Shown piece by piece: positions 1 through 9,972 of a stretch of 64,000 bases of DNA; the first letter of the stretch is position 1; every line of letters starts with the position of its first letter. Location: contig JAJECN010000015.1 of assembly GCA_022821965.1 (NCBI GenBank), positions 54,785-118,784 of the forward strand, given 5' to 3'. Source of the DNA: Candidatus Poribacteria bacterium. GTDB lineage: Bacteria; Poribacteria; WGA-4E; WGA-3G. A program made the translations under genes and the position numbers. The notes below the pieces were generated by a model. That model was not told where the DNA came from. It did no database searches and was given only the letters and a program-made list of their open reading frames with translations.

Positions 1-1
1 C

Positions 2-454
2 CGTCATTTCCATGCGAGTGCATCAGCGATAGTTGATGGTGGGCTTGATGCGAAAGGTGTATGGATTGTCAATCCCGGAAATGGTCACGCCTACAAAAAA
101 ATCCGTTTTAGTGGCGTAGAAGATGCTATTGCGCAAGCAGCGAAAGAAAATGCTTATCTTGTCGCAATTAACGATGAATCGGAACAAAACTGGATAGAAT
201 GGGCTTTTGTCCCGCATCGCACCTTAATTGGGCTCAACGATACCGAAAAAGAAGGACAGTGGCAATGGCACAGTGGAGAACCCGTCACATATACCAATTG
301 GGCGAGGGATGAACCACACGATACTGACAAAGGTGATGAAGATTATGTCATCCTGTTTGCCAACCAATGGGTGGACATCGGTCCTGGAGACATAAGATGG
401 AGGTTTATTCAGTCCGTACTCCTTGAAAAGGAAGAAACGTCTCTAAAGAAGTAA
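2..454 (+). CDS. C-type lectin domain protein, 5'-truncated by window start (paralog of the array)
   Basis: Frame-2 ORF runs from the window start to TAA at 452-454. It has CTLD motifs (VWIVNPGNGHAY, LIGLND, W-W, EPH/DED) and an AILEK-like C-terminus. Confidence 0.75.
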   Translation, partial: RHFHASASAIVDGGLDAKGVWIVNPGNGHAYKKIRFSGVEDAIAQAAKENAYLVAINDESEQNWIEWAFVPHRTLIGLNDTEKEGQWQWHSGEPVTYTNWARDEPHDTDKGDEDYVILFANQWVDIGPGDIRWRFIQSVLLEKEETSLKK

Positions 455-472
455 ACCCTAAAGGAGGAAACC

Positions 473-1888
473 ATGAAATTTTCAAATTCTAAAAGGCACG
501 TTTTGTTATTGTTGATGGTGATAGTCGCACTTTTTATCGGTTTCATTTCACACACTGTCGCGCAGGAAGATACAGGTACCGTTACCGGACGTGTTATTGA
601 TCTGGATGGAAACCCAGTTGTCGGGTTGCAGATATTTATCGCGCCTCTTGACCTTGATCCGGATGGACACATGTGGACGGTGTTTTTACCGGATGAGCAC
701 GCACAGTTGCGCCGCGCTTACACAGATCGAGAAGGTCGGTTTTCCGTAACGGATGTTCCTTCAGGTCCGGTATATATCAGTGCCCTTCCAGACGACATAG
801 ATAAACGACTGCCCAAAGACTTTGAAAGAATTGTAGATGAGTTCACGTCCAGGGATTGGACGAAGATCACAGAAGACGACATAGATGCATTCTATTCCAG
901 TAACTTCGGCATGCACTTAGATGATTTTGAACCAGATGTTGAAATTTTATTCATTCGCGTCCGAAGATTCACCTTATACCCGCGCACTGATTACGATCAA
1001 ATCGCTTTTGGTGTCAAATCGGGCGCACATATTAAGGATGTGGAAGTCATCGTACAGCCGAGGATGCGAGTTCGCGGACGTGTCCTTTTCAAAGATGGAA
1101 CACCGCTTACTAATACGCGTGTTGACCTTCGCGCGCCTTCTCGTGATGTGGATGGCTCCGGTTCCGGCGGTGCCAGCGGAGACTTGTGGGTGGATACTGA
1201 AGGTTATTTCGTTCTTTATATAGATGAGAAGAATGATCCAGCGTTCTACACGTTTTCGGTGGAATATCAGGACCTTTCTACAGAGGTTGAACCAATTCGC
1301 CTTGATCCAGGCGATCGATTTGATGGGTTGACGTTGACGTTTGACAGCGAACCGATTCCTCCCAAACGACCCTCTCAAAAAACGGAAATAGACGAGCCTG
1401 AACTATCTTCGCCTCCGCCCGTACCAGAACCATCGTCGAGACCGATGTCTCGTGATGTATGGGTCGTCAATCCTGAAAATGGGCACGCCTATAAAAGAAT
1501 TCACTGCGAAACCCGCGACGATGCGATTGCCCAAGCTACAAAGGAAAAAGCGCATCTCGTCTCAATCAACAACGAAGCGGAACAGGCATGGTTGGAGGCG
1601 GTTTTTGGGCGCAAATTCTATTGGATCGGACTCCGTCGTGTTCCCGCGACTGGTCAACTTGCCAAACGCGCAAAAGAATGGTGGCAGTGGGACAACGGCG
1701 ACTCTATCACCTATGCGAACTGGTTACCCAACGAGTTCTTTTCTGAAGCTTTGGATGCCAGCAAAAGAGATTATGTCGTCATGACGCTTCCTGACGGGAA
1801 ATGGTATCCGGTGAGTCCTGACAGTGTTATCTGGGGTATGACGGAGATGGCAATCCTCGAAAAAGCAAACGTGCTTGATAATCCGTAG
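473..1888 (+). CDS. secreted protein with 2x CarboxypepD_reg-like beta-sandwich, Pro-rich linker and C-terminal C-type lectin domain
   Basis: Strong SD AAGGAGG precedes a signal peptide. GRVIDLDGNPVVG prealbumin-like motif; CTLD motifs WVVNPENGHAY...WIGL...WQWDNGD...YANW. Confidence 0.85.
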   Translation: MKFSNSKRHVLLLLMVIVALFIGFISHTVAQEDTGTVTGRVIDLDGNPVVGLQIFIAPLDLDPDGHMWTVFLPDEHAQLRRAYTDREGRFSVTDVPSGPVYISALPDDIDKRLPKDFERIVDEFTSRDWTKITEDDIDAFYSSNFGMHLDDFEPDVEILFIRVRRFTLYPRTDYDQIAFGVKSGAHIKDVEVIVQPRMRVRGRVLFKDGTPLTNTRVDLRAPSRDVDGSGSGGASGDLWVDTEGYFVLYIDEKNDPAFYTFSVEYQDLSTEVEPIRLDPGDRFDGLTLTFDSEPIPPKRPSQKTEIDEPELSSPPPVPEPSSRPMSRDVWVVNPENGHAYKRIHCETRDDAIAQATKEKAHLVSINNEAEQAWLEAVFGRKFYWIGLRRVPATGQLAKRAKEWWQWDNGDSITYANWLPNEFFSEALDASKRDYVVMTLPDGKWYPVSPDSVIWGMTEMAILEKANVLDNP

Positions 1889-1983
1889 TGTTCTTTTTAT
1901 CTCAACACCCCCCAATTCTTTGAAAAATTATGCACCAGTTTTGCACCGAATAAGCGTCACTATAGGGCAATCGGAGGTAATTC

Positions 1984-4026
1984 ATGAAAAACATCGATGT
2001 TGAACTCATTCACCGTGTGCTTGATGGCGATGATGCCGCTTTCGCTGAGCTTGTGAAAAAATACCAAAAACCGGTTCACACGCTGGTGTGGCGTAAAATT
2101 GGAGATTTCCACATCGCCGAGGAAATTACGCAGGATACATTCTTAAAGGCGTATCAAGAATTGGCAAAGTTGAAAAAACCGCAGAGTTTTGCGAGTTGGC
2201 TTTATGTGATCGCTGCGAACCACTGCAGTACATGGCTGCGTAAAAAGCGTTTACAGACGCAGTCGCTTGAGGAAACGAGTAGTGCTCGCTTAGAAAAGGC
2301 GACATATTCGGGATATGTTGTTGAAGAAAAGGAGCGGACAGCCTTGGAAGCACAACGCGAAGTCGTGAAAAAATTGCTTGCGAAACTCCAAGAGAGTGAG
2401 CGCACAGTGCTCACACTGCATTACTTCGGTGAGATGTCCAGTGCAGAGATTAGCGCGTTTTTGGGTGTGTCAGCGAATACGATAAGGAGTCGTCTCCGTC
2501 GTGCGCAGCAGCGTTTAAGGAAGGACGAACCGATGATTCGAAAAGCCTTGGAAAATTTTCAAATCACGCCGCATCTCACAGAAAATATCATGCGTGAGAT
2601 CGCGCGTATGAAACCCGCTGCACCGTCCGGCAGTAAACCGGTGGTGCCGTGGGCAATTACTGTTTCTACGGTAGCGGTGGTATTTTTGATGTTGGGCGTT
2701 GGAAGCCATCAATACTTGTCGCGTGTCCAAAAACCGTATAATTTCGACGCAAGGTCAGAGATGACAGTTGAACTCATTGAAGCCCCCGTTGTGCTAAATC
2801 TTGAGTCCAAACCGGATATTCGGACTCAACTTGGCGACAACGATGCAATCGGTAGAGACAATAAAACGCATCAGAACCCTGATGCGACGCTATTTTCTTC
2901 CGCCTCTGGGCACATTCTCGATGAAGCGGGAGAACCGGTTTCTGGGATCACAATAGCCATTACACCTGTCGTAGACGGCAATGGGGGTTGGTTCCCGATG
3001 CGGGAACGTGCGCTTGAGGATACGCCTGCACGCCACGTGGAAAGCGATGAGAAAGGACGTTTTACTATCACCGATGCTATCTCTGGTCCCGTGTTGTTGT
3101 CGCTATTTCCATCCGGTGGCGCGGCAGTCCGTATTTTAAAGGTTCAAATCGGCGGATTGGTTTTCTATCCAAGCGGAATGATGGATCGTGGAATTGTATT
3201 TACCCCACCCCCGGGTGAGTCTATTGAGAATATTGAAGTTACGGTGCAGAGTCCGCACATCCGAGGGAGAGTACAACGCATGGATGGGAGACCCCTCGCC
3301 AACACAAAAGTCAACATCCGTTTTCGGGCAATAAGTCAGCACGGTCAAGCTTCTTCGTCTTCAAGTAGGAATACAGATCCTGAGGGGTACTTCGCATACT
3401 ATGCGGAGAGAGATATAGAGCAACCAACATTTTACATGTTTTCTGTGACATATCAGGGACAGACCCTCAATGCAGACCCGATTGTGCTTAAACCTGGAGA
3501 TCCAACACACGACATTGTTTTCACGTTTGATGGTTTGCCAGAAGAGCATTTACAGGCGCGGCGTGGCGGTTTCGCGAGCGCGTCCGCCTCAACAAGTGTT
3601 CGTGCGCAAGATGTGTGGGTAATAAAGCCGAACTTTTCTCTACAAACTGGGGCGCACGCTTACAAGAAGATTAAGTGTGAGAGTTGGGAAGATGCACGAA
3701 CCCAAGCCGCCGCCGAAGGCGCACATCTCGTTACAATCAACGATGCCGCAGAGCAGAAATGGTTGCACATTGTCTTTGGAAGCCAACCGAGTTGGATTGG
3801 ATTGAATGATATTGCGCAAGAGGGAGAGTGGCGATGGGACAACGGCGAACCGCTTACCTATATCAATTGGGGATTTCAAGAACCCAATGATACAAACAAT
3901 GGAGATGAAGATTGTGTCATCATGGGTCCCTCAGGAGAATGGGTAGATGTTAACCCTGCGGACGGCGAATGGCGCTGGATCCGGACAGCAATCATTGAGA
4001 AGGAAACGTTGTCCGTAGAGAAGTAG
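1984..4026 (+). CDS. ECF sigma-70 factor (regions 2 and 4) fused to anti-sigma-like segment, one TM helix, CarboxypepD_reg domains and C-terminal CTLD with EPN/DEDC motifs
   Basis: N-terminal sigma-70 r2 (FLKAYQEL) and r4 (TVLTLHYFGEMSSAEISAFLGVSANTIRSRLRRAQQRLRK). TM helix VVPWAITVSTVAVVFLMLGVG. C-terminal WIGLND..EGEWRWDNGEPLTYINW..EPNDTNNGDEDC. Confidence 0.85.
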   Translation: MKNIDVELIHRVLDGDDAAFAELVKKYQKPVHTLVWRKIGDFHIAEEITQDTFLKAYQELAKLKKPQSFASWLYVIAANHCSTWLRKKRLQTQSLEETSSARLEKATYSGYVVEEKERTALEAQREVVKKLLAKLQESERTVLTLHYFGEMSSAEISAFLGVSANTIRSRLRRAQQRLRKDEPMIRKALENFQITPHLTENIMREIARMKPAAPSGSKPVVPWAITVSTVAVVFLMLGVGSHQYLSRVQKPYNFDARSEMTVELIEAPVVLNLESKPDIRTQLGDNDAIGRDNKTHQNPDATLFSSASGHILDEAGEPVSGITIAITPVVDGNGGWFPMRERALEDTPARHVESDEKGRFTITDAISGPVLLSLFPSGGAAVRILKVQIGGLVFYPSGMMDRGIVFTPPPGESIENIEVTVQSPHIRGRVQRMDGRPLANTKVNIRFRAISQHGQASSSSSRNTDPEGYFAYYAERDIEQPTFYMFSVTYQGQTLNADPIVLKPGDPTHDIVFTFDGLPEEHLQARRGGFASASASTSVRAQDVWVIKPNFSLQTGAHAYKKIKCESWEDARTQAAAEGAHLVTINDAAEQKWLHIVFGSQPSWIGLNDIAQEGEWRWDNGEPLTYINWGFQEPNDTNNGDEDCVIMGPSGEWVDVNPADGEWRWIRTAIIEKETLSVEK

Positions 4027-4082
4027 GTCTTATGCTTTATTCAAGAAGTAGGTCTTATGCTTTATTCAAAAGGAGAGAAATT

Positions 4083-5531
4083 GTGAAACGTTTGAAAGCC
4101 AGTAACAAGGTTTTTGCATCGTTCATAGTAATTGGCTCGCTTTTCATCGGGTTCGCTTCACACAGCATTGCTGACGTGGAGACGGGAACCTTCTCTGGAC
4201 GTGTTGTTGATGCGGAAGGAAATCCTGTTGCGAAATTGCCGGTTATGATTGGACCCGCTATGGTTATGGGACACGGAATTCAATCCGCATTTTTTCCAAG
4301 GCTGTATTCTGCTTCGCGACGTTCACTTACAGGTGCGGATGGACAGTTTTCCATTACCGATATTACGCCGGGAATTTCCTACTTCGGGGCACTTCCTTAC
4401 GATGTAGAGACGCTCTTGCCAGATGAACTTACGGCAAACACTGCAAAGGCTACGGCAGAAAAGGATATCGCTGCGTTCCACGCAAGTGGAGTCATGAAAA
4501 TGGAGGTGGAGGATTTTGAACCCGATGTTGAGATCTTATCTCTCCGCATCCAAGGGATAACGTTCTATCCGCGTACCGATCACGAGAAGATTGGGTTTAG
4601 TGTCAAACCGGGAACCCATATTGAAAATGTAGAGGTCACGGTGCAACCTCGGATGCGAATTCGGGGACGTATCATTTTTAAAGACGAAACACCTCTTGTC
4701 AATGCACGTGTTCACCTCCGCTTCCGCTCTCAGAGTGTGGGTGGTAATCGCAACCGGCAGTCAGGCGGAAAACCGCGAACAGATGCTGCGGGTTATTTCA
4801 TCCATTATCTGGAGGAGAAAGATGATCCGGCGTTCTACACGTTTTCCGTGGAATACCAAGATCTTTCCGCAGAGGCTGGACCGATCCGTCTTGATCCAGG
4901 GGAACGTCTTGACGGAGTAAAGTTTACATTTGATAGTGAACCGGTTCCGCCGCCACAACCACCGTCTCACACTATTCCACAACCACCGCTACATATTGCT
5001 CCACAAGCATTACCTCAGACAAAGACCCTTGATCGTCCATCTGCAGCTACGCCACCGTCGCCGAGAAGATCCATGCCGATGTCAGAAGAGGTGTGGATAG
5101 TCAATCCAGAGAATTTGCATGCCTACAAAAAGATTTATTGTGAAACTCGCAGCGATGCTGTTGCACAAGCAAGGGAAGAAAACGCGCATCTTGTCACTAT
5201 TAACGACGCGGCAGAGCAGACGTGGTTAGCAAAGGTTTTTGAGCATAAATTCTACTGGATCGGGCTCAGTCGCGTTCCACCGGTGGGCACGTCTTCTAAC
5301 GCAACGCAATGGCGATGGGAGAGTGGTGAACCTATCACCTATGCGAATTGGTTACCCGATTATATCTTTGGTGAATCCTTGGATGTTGGTAAGAGGAACT
5401 ATGCTATTATGACGTTCACCGATGGGAAATGGTATGCCGTTGGTCCTGACAGTCTTGTCTGGGGTATTACGGAAATGGCGATCCTCGAAAAAGCAGACGT
5501 GCTTGATAATCCGTCCGCCGCAGAAGAATGA
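4083..5531 (+). CDS. secreted CarboxypepD_reg + C-type lectin domain protein (array paralog)
   Basis: SD AAAGGAGAG then GTG start giving signal peptide VKRLKASNKVFASFIVIGSLFIGFA. Track ORF 4032 has an upstream in-frame extension. CTLD at the C-terminus. Confidence 0.8.
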   Translation: MKRLKASNKVFASFIVIGSLFIGFASHSIADVETGTFSGRVVDAEGNPVAKLPVMIGPAMVMGHGIQSAFFPRLYSASRRSLTGADGQFSITDITPGISYFGALPYDVETLLPDELTANTAKATAEKDIAAFHASGVMKMEVEDFEPDVEILSLRIQGITFYPRTDHEKIGFSVKPGTHIENVEVTVQPRMRIRGRIIFKDETPLVNARVHLRFRSQSVGGNRNRQSGGKPRTDAAGYFIHYLEEKDDPAFYTFSVEYQDLSAEAGPIRLDPGERLDGVKFTFDSEPVPPPQPPSHTIPQPPLHIAPQALPQTKTLDRPSAATPPSPRRSMPMSEEVWIVNPENLHAYKKIYCETRSDAVAQAREENAHLVTINDAAEQTWLAKVFEHKFYWIGLSRVPPVGTSSNATQWRWESGEPITYANWLPDYIFGESLDVGKRNYAIMTFTDGKWYAVGPDSLVWGITEMAILEKADVLDNPSAAEE

Positions 5532-5622
5532 TAACTGTAAAAGGTATTCCTGTCCGAATAAACGTTTACATTAGCGCAATTTACTACCCTAATGCATCAA
5601 TATTACAAAAGGGGAATTTATA

Positions 5623-6864
5623 ATGAATCTTCAAAATTTCAAACAAAATCTTAGATTTTTTGTTGGGATGATAATACTTTCTCTTCTGGTATCATTGTCT
5701 GTTGTTGCTCAACAAGGCGCGACAATTTCTGGACGCGTCGTTGATGAGCTGGGGGATCCGGTTGTCGGCACTTCGGTAGCACTCCATCGGTATAAAGCCA
5801 TAGATGATGATGAGCGACGAGTACGATTCGTGCCTTTCTGGCAAAAGCCGGTCGATTTAGATGGAAGTTTTTCATTCACGAACATCGCGCCAACGGAGTC
5901 CGTTAGTTTCATTGTAGAGGGTGAACGAACGAAAGGAAAAATCCTTTCTATTCAAATGGGTGAACTCACCCTTTATCCGGGGGACCATCCACATTTTGGT
6001 AAAGTAAGGTTTTCCTTGGAAGCAGGGATGGAAATCGAAGACGTTGTCGTCACGGTGAATACTACTATCCAACCACAAGTCCGCGTCCGAGTCGTTTCTG
6101 CCGATGGAACACCGCTTGCCAACGCGAATATACACGTTGCAGTACAACGTAAAGATTTAGATGGAACTGGCTCTGGGAGTTCTGGTAACACAACACAGAC
6201 CGATGCAGAAGGATATTTCGTAGAAGACCTTAGGGTGGATGACGATCCTAAATTCTATGTGCTTGGCGTTGAACACCAAGGACTTTTCGCGAAAGCACCG
6301 CCTTTCATTTTACATGAAGGACAACCACAAGTTCATCTCCTTTTGACCCTCAACGGTAATCCAGATCCACTTGCACGTCCACCAGTACGTCCGCCAATGG
6401 GTCCACCTGCGTCCGCTATTGCACTAACGGCGTTTCTTGATCCACCAACGGTATGGATTGTGAACCCCGCAAATGGACACGCTTACAAAAAGATCCATTG
6501 TAACAGTATAGCAGATGCTACGACCCAAGCCGCTGCAGAAAAGGCGTATCTCGTTGCCATCAATGATGAGGCAGAAAATGAATGGCTGGACGGAATCTTT
6601 GGGCGAGAGAGTTTTTGGATTGGACTCAACGATGCCGCCGAAGAAGGACAGCTGGTTTGGGATAGCGGTGAACCTGTTACCTATACGAATTGGGGTGAAC
6701 ATGAACGAGTAGGTGACAACACTGAGGTGAATGACTACGTTATCTGGGGATTTGGCGGTAGATGGGAAATGGTCGCGCTTGGAAGTCCGCATACGCATTT
6801 TGTCAAAACAGCTATTCTTGAAAGGACAGATGTCCCTGTTGAAACAGCATCTGAAGACAATTAG
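5623..6864 (+). CDS. secreted CarboxypepD_reg + C-type lectin domain protein (array paralog)
   Basis: SD precedes a signal peptide. CTLD motifs [43 protein letters not shown]. Confidence 0.85.
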   Translation: MNLQNFKQNLRFFVGMIILSLLVSLSVVAQQGATISGRVVDELGDPVVGTSVALHRYKAIDDDERRVRFVPFWQKPVDLDGSFSFTNIAPTESVSFIVEGERTKGKILSIQMGELTLYPGDHPHFGKVRFSLEAGMEIEDVVVTVNTTIQPQVRVRVVSADGTPLANANIHVAVQRKDLDGTGSGSSGNTTQTDAEGYFVEDLRVDDDPKFYVLGVEHQGLFAKAPPFILHEGQPQVHLLLTLNGNPDPLARPPVRPPMGPPASAIALTAFLDPPTVWIVNPANGHAYKKIHCNSIADATTQAAAEKAYLVAINDEAENEWLDGIFGRESFWIGLNDAAEEGQLVWDSGEPVTYTNWGEHERVGDNTEVNDYVIWGFGGRWEMVALGSPHTHFVKTAILERTDVPVETASEDN

Positions 6865-6930
6865 CGACAACGCAACGTTGGGTTGGCTTTCAGTTTAATC
6901 CAATCTGCATTTTTATAAGGAGAATTTACG

Positions 6931-8265
6931 ATGAATCACCGAAGTTTCACACACATTGCATACCTTTTCAGTGTTGTAATAGTACTCTTTCTCGTTGCAT
7001 CCGTCCCTTGTATCGCACAGAACGGGACAGCACTCTCTGGTACCGTCCTTGACATGGAAGGGAAGCCGATTGCTGGATTTGCCATTGGGTTGTTACAAGG
7101 GGCTCTAATATCCATGACTGATGAAAAGGGTGCTTTCACTTTCACCAATATCCCCGCCGGACCGGTTCAAATTGCGATTCCAACGCAGCCGTCCAAAGAG
7201 AATGAAGAACCTATGTTCGATTTTGAGGCGGATGATGAAATCCTCTCAATCAAAATCAGGGGTATAACGCTTTATCAAGACACGCGTCCGCCTTTCGGCG
7301 GCATCGAGTTCGGTGTCAAATCGAGCAGCCATATCAAGGATGTAGCGGTTACCGTGCGTCCCCGAACGCGCATTCGGGCGAAAGTTATTTTCAAAGATGG
7401 AAAGCCGCTAACGAACGCCTCTGTTTCCCTGATAGTTGAGGGCAACGGTAGGGCGACCGGAGGAGCTACCACGGATGCCGAGGGATATTTTGTAAGTTAT
7501 TTCGATAAAAACGAGGTCCCAGCACACTACACGGTCTCCGTGAAATATAAAGGACTCTCGGCGAAATCAGAACTATTTCTGCTTGAAGAGGGGGCGCGCT
7601 ATGACGATTTAGTTTTAACGCTCGATGGTAATGTGCCGCCTGCTGCCCCACAAAAGGAATCTCTGCCGAAAGTTTTAGATAAATTGAGTGATGGATTGAC
7701 ACCACCTGAGAAACCGACACTCACCGAAACAGACCGCTCTGTACCAACTAACAAGGGGCAGGTTAATATTCAAGAGGTAGAAGTAAAACCTCGTGTAACA
7801 GGGGCTGAACCTACTAAACCCGTTAGGCAGATGCGACCGCCGTGGGAGAAAGATGCGTGGGCTGTGAACCCTGCAAATGGACACGGTTATAAAAAGATCC
7901 GGTGCGACAGTCTGGATGAGGCGCGAGATCGCGCTGCCGCTCAAGGCGCGTTCCTTCTTGCGATTAACGACGAAGCGGAGCAGAAATGGATTTCGGGATT
8001 CTTTGGGAATCATCTCTATTGGATTGGACTCAGCGATGCTGAAAACGAAGGGGAATGGGTATGGCAGAACGGTGATCCGCTCACCTATACGAATTGGGGA
8101 CCCAAGCACAGTTTCCCGCGGAGTCCGCTTTCACAGGAAAAGAAGGACAGTGCTGTGATGACGTTTGCGAATGGACAGTGGCATGCCGTTGGTCCCGGTG
8201 ACGTGCTCTGGCGTATGACGAAGATGGCAATCCTTGAAAAAGCAGACGTGCTTGATGGAAAATAA
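6931..8265 (+). CDS. secreted CarboxypepD_reg + C-type lectin domain protein (array paralog)
   Basis: SD AAGGAGA precedes a signal peptide. C-terminal CTLD; its 3' end is near-identical to that of the next gene. Confidence 0.85.
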   Translation: MNHRSFTHIAYLFSVVIVLFLVASVPCIAQNGTALSGTVLDMEGKPIAGFAIGLLQGALISMTDEKGAFTFTNIPAGPVQIAIPTQPSKENEEPMFDFEADDEILSIKIRGITLYQDTRPPFGGIEFGVKSSSHIKDVAVTVRPRTRIRAKVIFKDGKPLTNASVSLIVEGNGRATGGATTDAEGYFVSYFDKNEVPAHYTVSVKYKGLSAKSELFLLEEGARYDDLVLTLDGNVPPAAPQKESLPKVLDKLSDGLTPPEKPTLTETDRSVPTNKGQVNIQEVEVKPRVTGAEPTKPVRQMRPPWEKDAWAVNPANGHGYKKIRCDSLDEARDRAAAQGAFLLAINDEAEQKWISGFFGNHLYWIGLSDAENEGEWVWQNGDPLTYTNWGPKHSFPRSPLSQEKKDSAVMTFANGQWHAVGPGDVLWRMTKMAILEKADVLDGK

Positions 8266-8321
8266 TATTTCTCGGACTCCAGTTTATTTGATGTCTCAAC
8301 ATTCAAAAAAGGAGAATCTAC

Positions 8322-9722
8322 ATGAATCTTCAACGTCTCGGTTTAAAACTTGGGATCCTCGTCGGCATTGTGGTATTCTCCTCTACTGTCGTCACTAAAG
8401 TGCAGGCAGGTAAACGCCCACAAATTCGCGCACGGGTCGTCTTTGCCGATGGAACACCGCTTGCTAACGCTGAAATATATGTTTTGGTGATACGCAGAAA
8501 CTTAGATGCAGGCGGCTCCGGAGGTTCAGGAAGTACAATGCAGACCGATGCCGAGGGATACTTTGTGGAAACCCTTAACGTAGGTAATAGATCCAAATTT
8601 TATGTGGTTGGTGTTGCGTATCAGAGGTATCTCGCGAAAGTCCCCCCTTTTATTTTGCAGGAGGGACAACCAGAAGTTCATCTACTCTTGACACTTGATG
8701 ACAATCGCGTTCCGATAGATAGATGGAACCCTGACCGAGAACACACAGCATTAGAAGCGTTTCTTGAGCCACCGACGGTATGGGTAGTGAATCCTATAAA
8801 TGGGCACGCTTATAAAAAGATTTATTGCCACGATGTAATGGATGCCCTGACCCAAGCCGCTACAGAAGGTGCGTATCTTGTTTCCATTAACGATGAAGCG
8901 GAGGAGATATGGATACAAGGAGTCTTTGAACCAGATAGTTTTTGGATCGGACTCAGCGATGTTGCTAAGGAGGGACAGTGGGTCTGGCACAGCGGTGAAC
9001 CGGTTACGTATACTAACTGGGGAGAGAATAAACAGGACGGTGGTAACACCGAGGTGAACGATTACGTCATCTCTGACTTTGGTGCCGAATGGCGGGCGGT
9101 TGCGCCGGGGGATGAACATACCCCTTTTACCCAAGAGGCAATCCTCGAAAGAGCAGATGTGCCTGTTAAGACACTATCTAATGAACAGACAAATGCCCAG
9201 CCAACGGGTGTCTCAATACCACCTGATAAAACTACCACCGCTCAAACCGGTCGTTTTGTCCCATCTCGGCAAATAAAGTCACTTTTGGAGATAGGTGTAT
9301 GGGCTGTAAACCCGGCAAATGGGCATGCTTACATAAGTATTCCGTGCAAAAGTCTGGACGATGCGCGAGATAGTGCCGCTGCCCAAGGTGCACACCTCGT
9401 CGCGATTAACGACGCAGCGGAACAGCAGTGGCTTTTAGGACTTTTTGGGAATCACCTTTATTGGATCGGACTCAGTGATGCCAAAAAAGAGGGTGAATGG
9501 ATATGGCAGAACGGTGAACCACTTACCTATAAGAATTGGGGATCCAAGTATAAATTCCCTCGTAGTTCTCTCTCACTGGAAGAGAAAGACAGTGCTGTTA
9601 TGACGTTTGCGAATGGACAGTGGCATGCTGTTGGTCCCGGTGACGTGCTCTGGCGTATGACGAAGAGGGCGATCCTTGAAAAAACAGACGTGTTTGACAG
9701 TTCCTCTGTGAAAGAAAAATAA
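8322..9722 (+). CDS. secreted mosaic paralog with two tandem C-type lectin domains
   Basis: Signal peptide, then a single prealbumin-like domain (5623-type). CTLD 1 resembles the 5623 gene's CTLD and CTLD 2 resembles the 6931 gene's CTLD. Confidence 0.85.
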   Translation: MNLQRLGLKLGILVGIVVFSSTVVTKVQAGKRPQIRARVVFADGTPLANAEIYVLVIRRNLDAGGSGGSGSTMQTDAEGYFVETLNVGNRSKFYVVGVAYQRYLAKVPPFILQEGQPEVHLLLTLDDNRVPIDRWNPDREHTALEAFLEPPTVWVVNPINGHAYKKIYCHDVMDALTQAATEGAYLVSINDEAEEIWIQGVFEPDSFWIGLSDVAKEGQWVWHSGEPVTYTNWGENKQDGGNTEVNDYVISDFGAEWRAVAPGDEHTPFTQEAILERADVPVKTLSNEQTNAQPTGVSIPPDKTTTAQTGRFVPSRQIKSLLEIGVWAVNPANGHAYISIPCKSLDDARDSAAAQGAHLVAINDAAEQQWLLGLFGNHLYWIGLSDAKKEGEWIWQNGEPLTYKNWGSKYKFPRSSLSLEEKDSAVMTFANGQWHAVGPGDVLWRMTKRAILEKTDVFDSSSVKEK

Positions 9723-9972
9723 TAGTTTGAATCTACAATTTTTCGTTTCGTGCTCACTTCTCCCCAGACAATTTTTTCCAATTAATTTGTCAGTCATTCC
9801 CACAAAGTCTACAGAGACATTCAGTTTTCCTGTGGCATTCAAAATATGTAGAACTGCCACAAGGTTCTCTTGCTAACGACCCATAACTGATAACTCCCGC
9901 GTGGAACGGGTTTCTTCGGGAAACACACAAGGAAAACACCCCGATCTCTCCCGCATAAGATGGAAATGGCTT

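Noticed and set aside
5559-5568. 10-bp palindrome TAAACGTTTA upstream of the lectin gene at 5623 as operator
   Set aside because: It is short and AT-rich, expected by chance at this length, and no second copy occurs upstream of the other paralogs.
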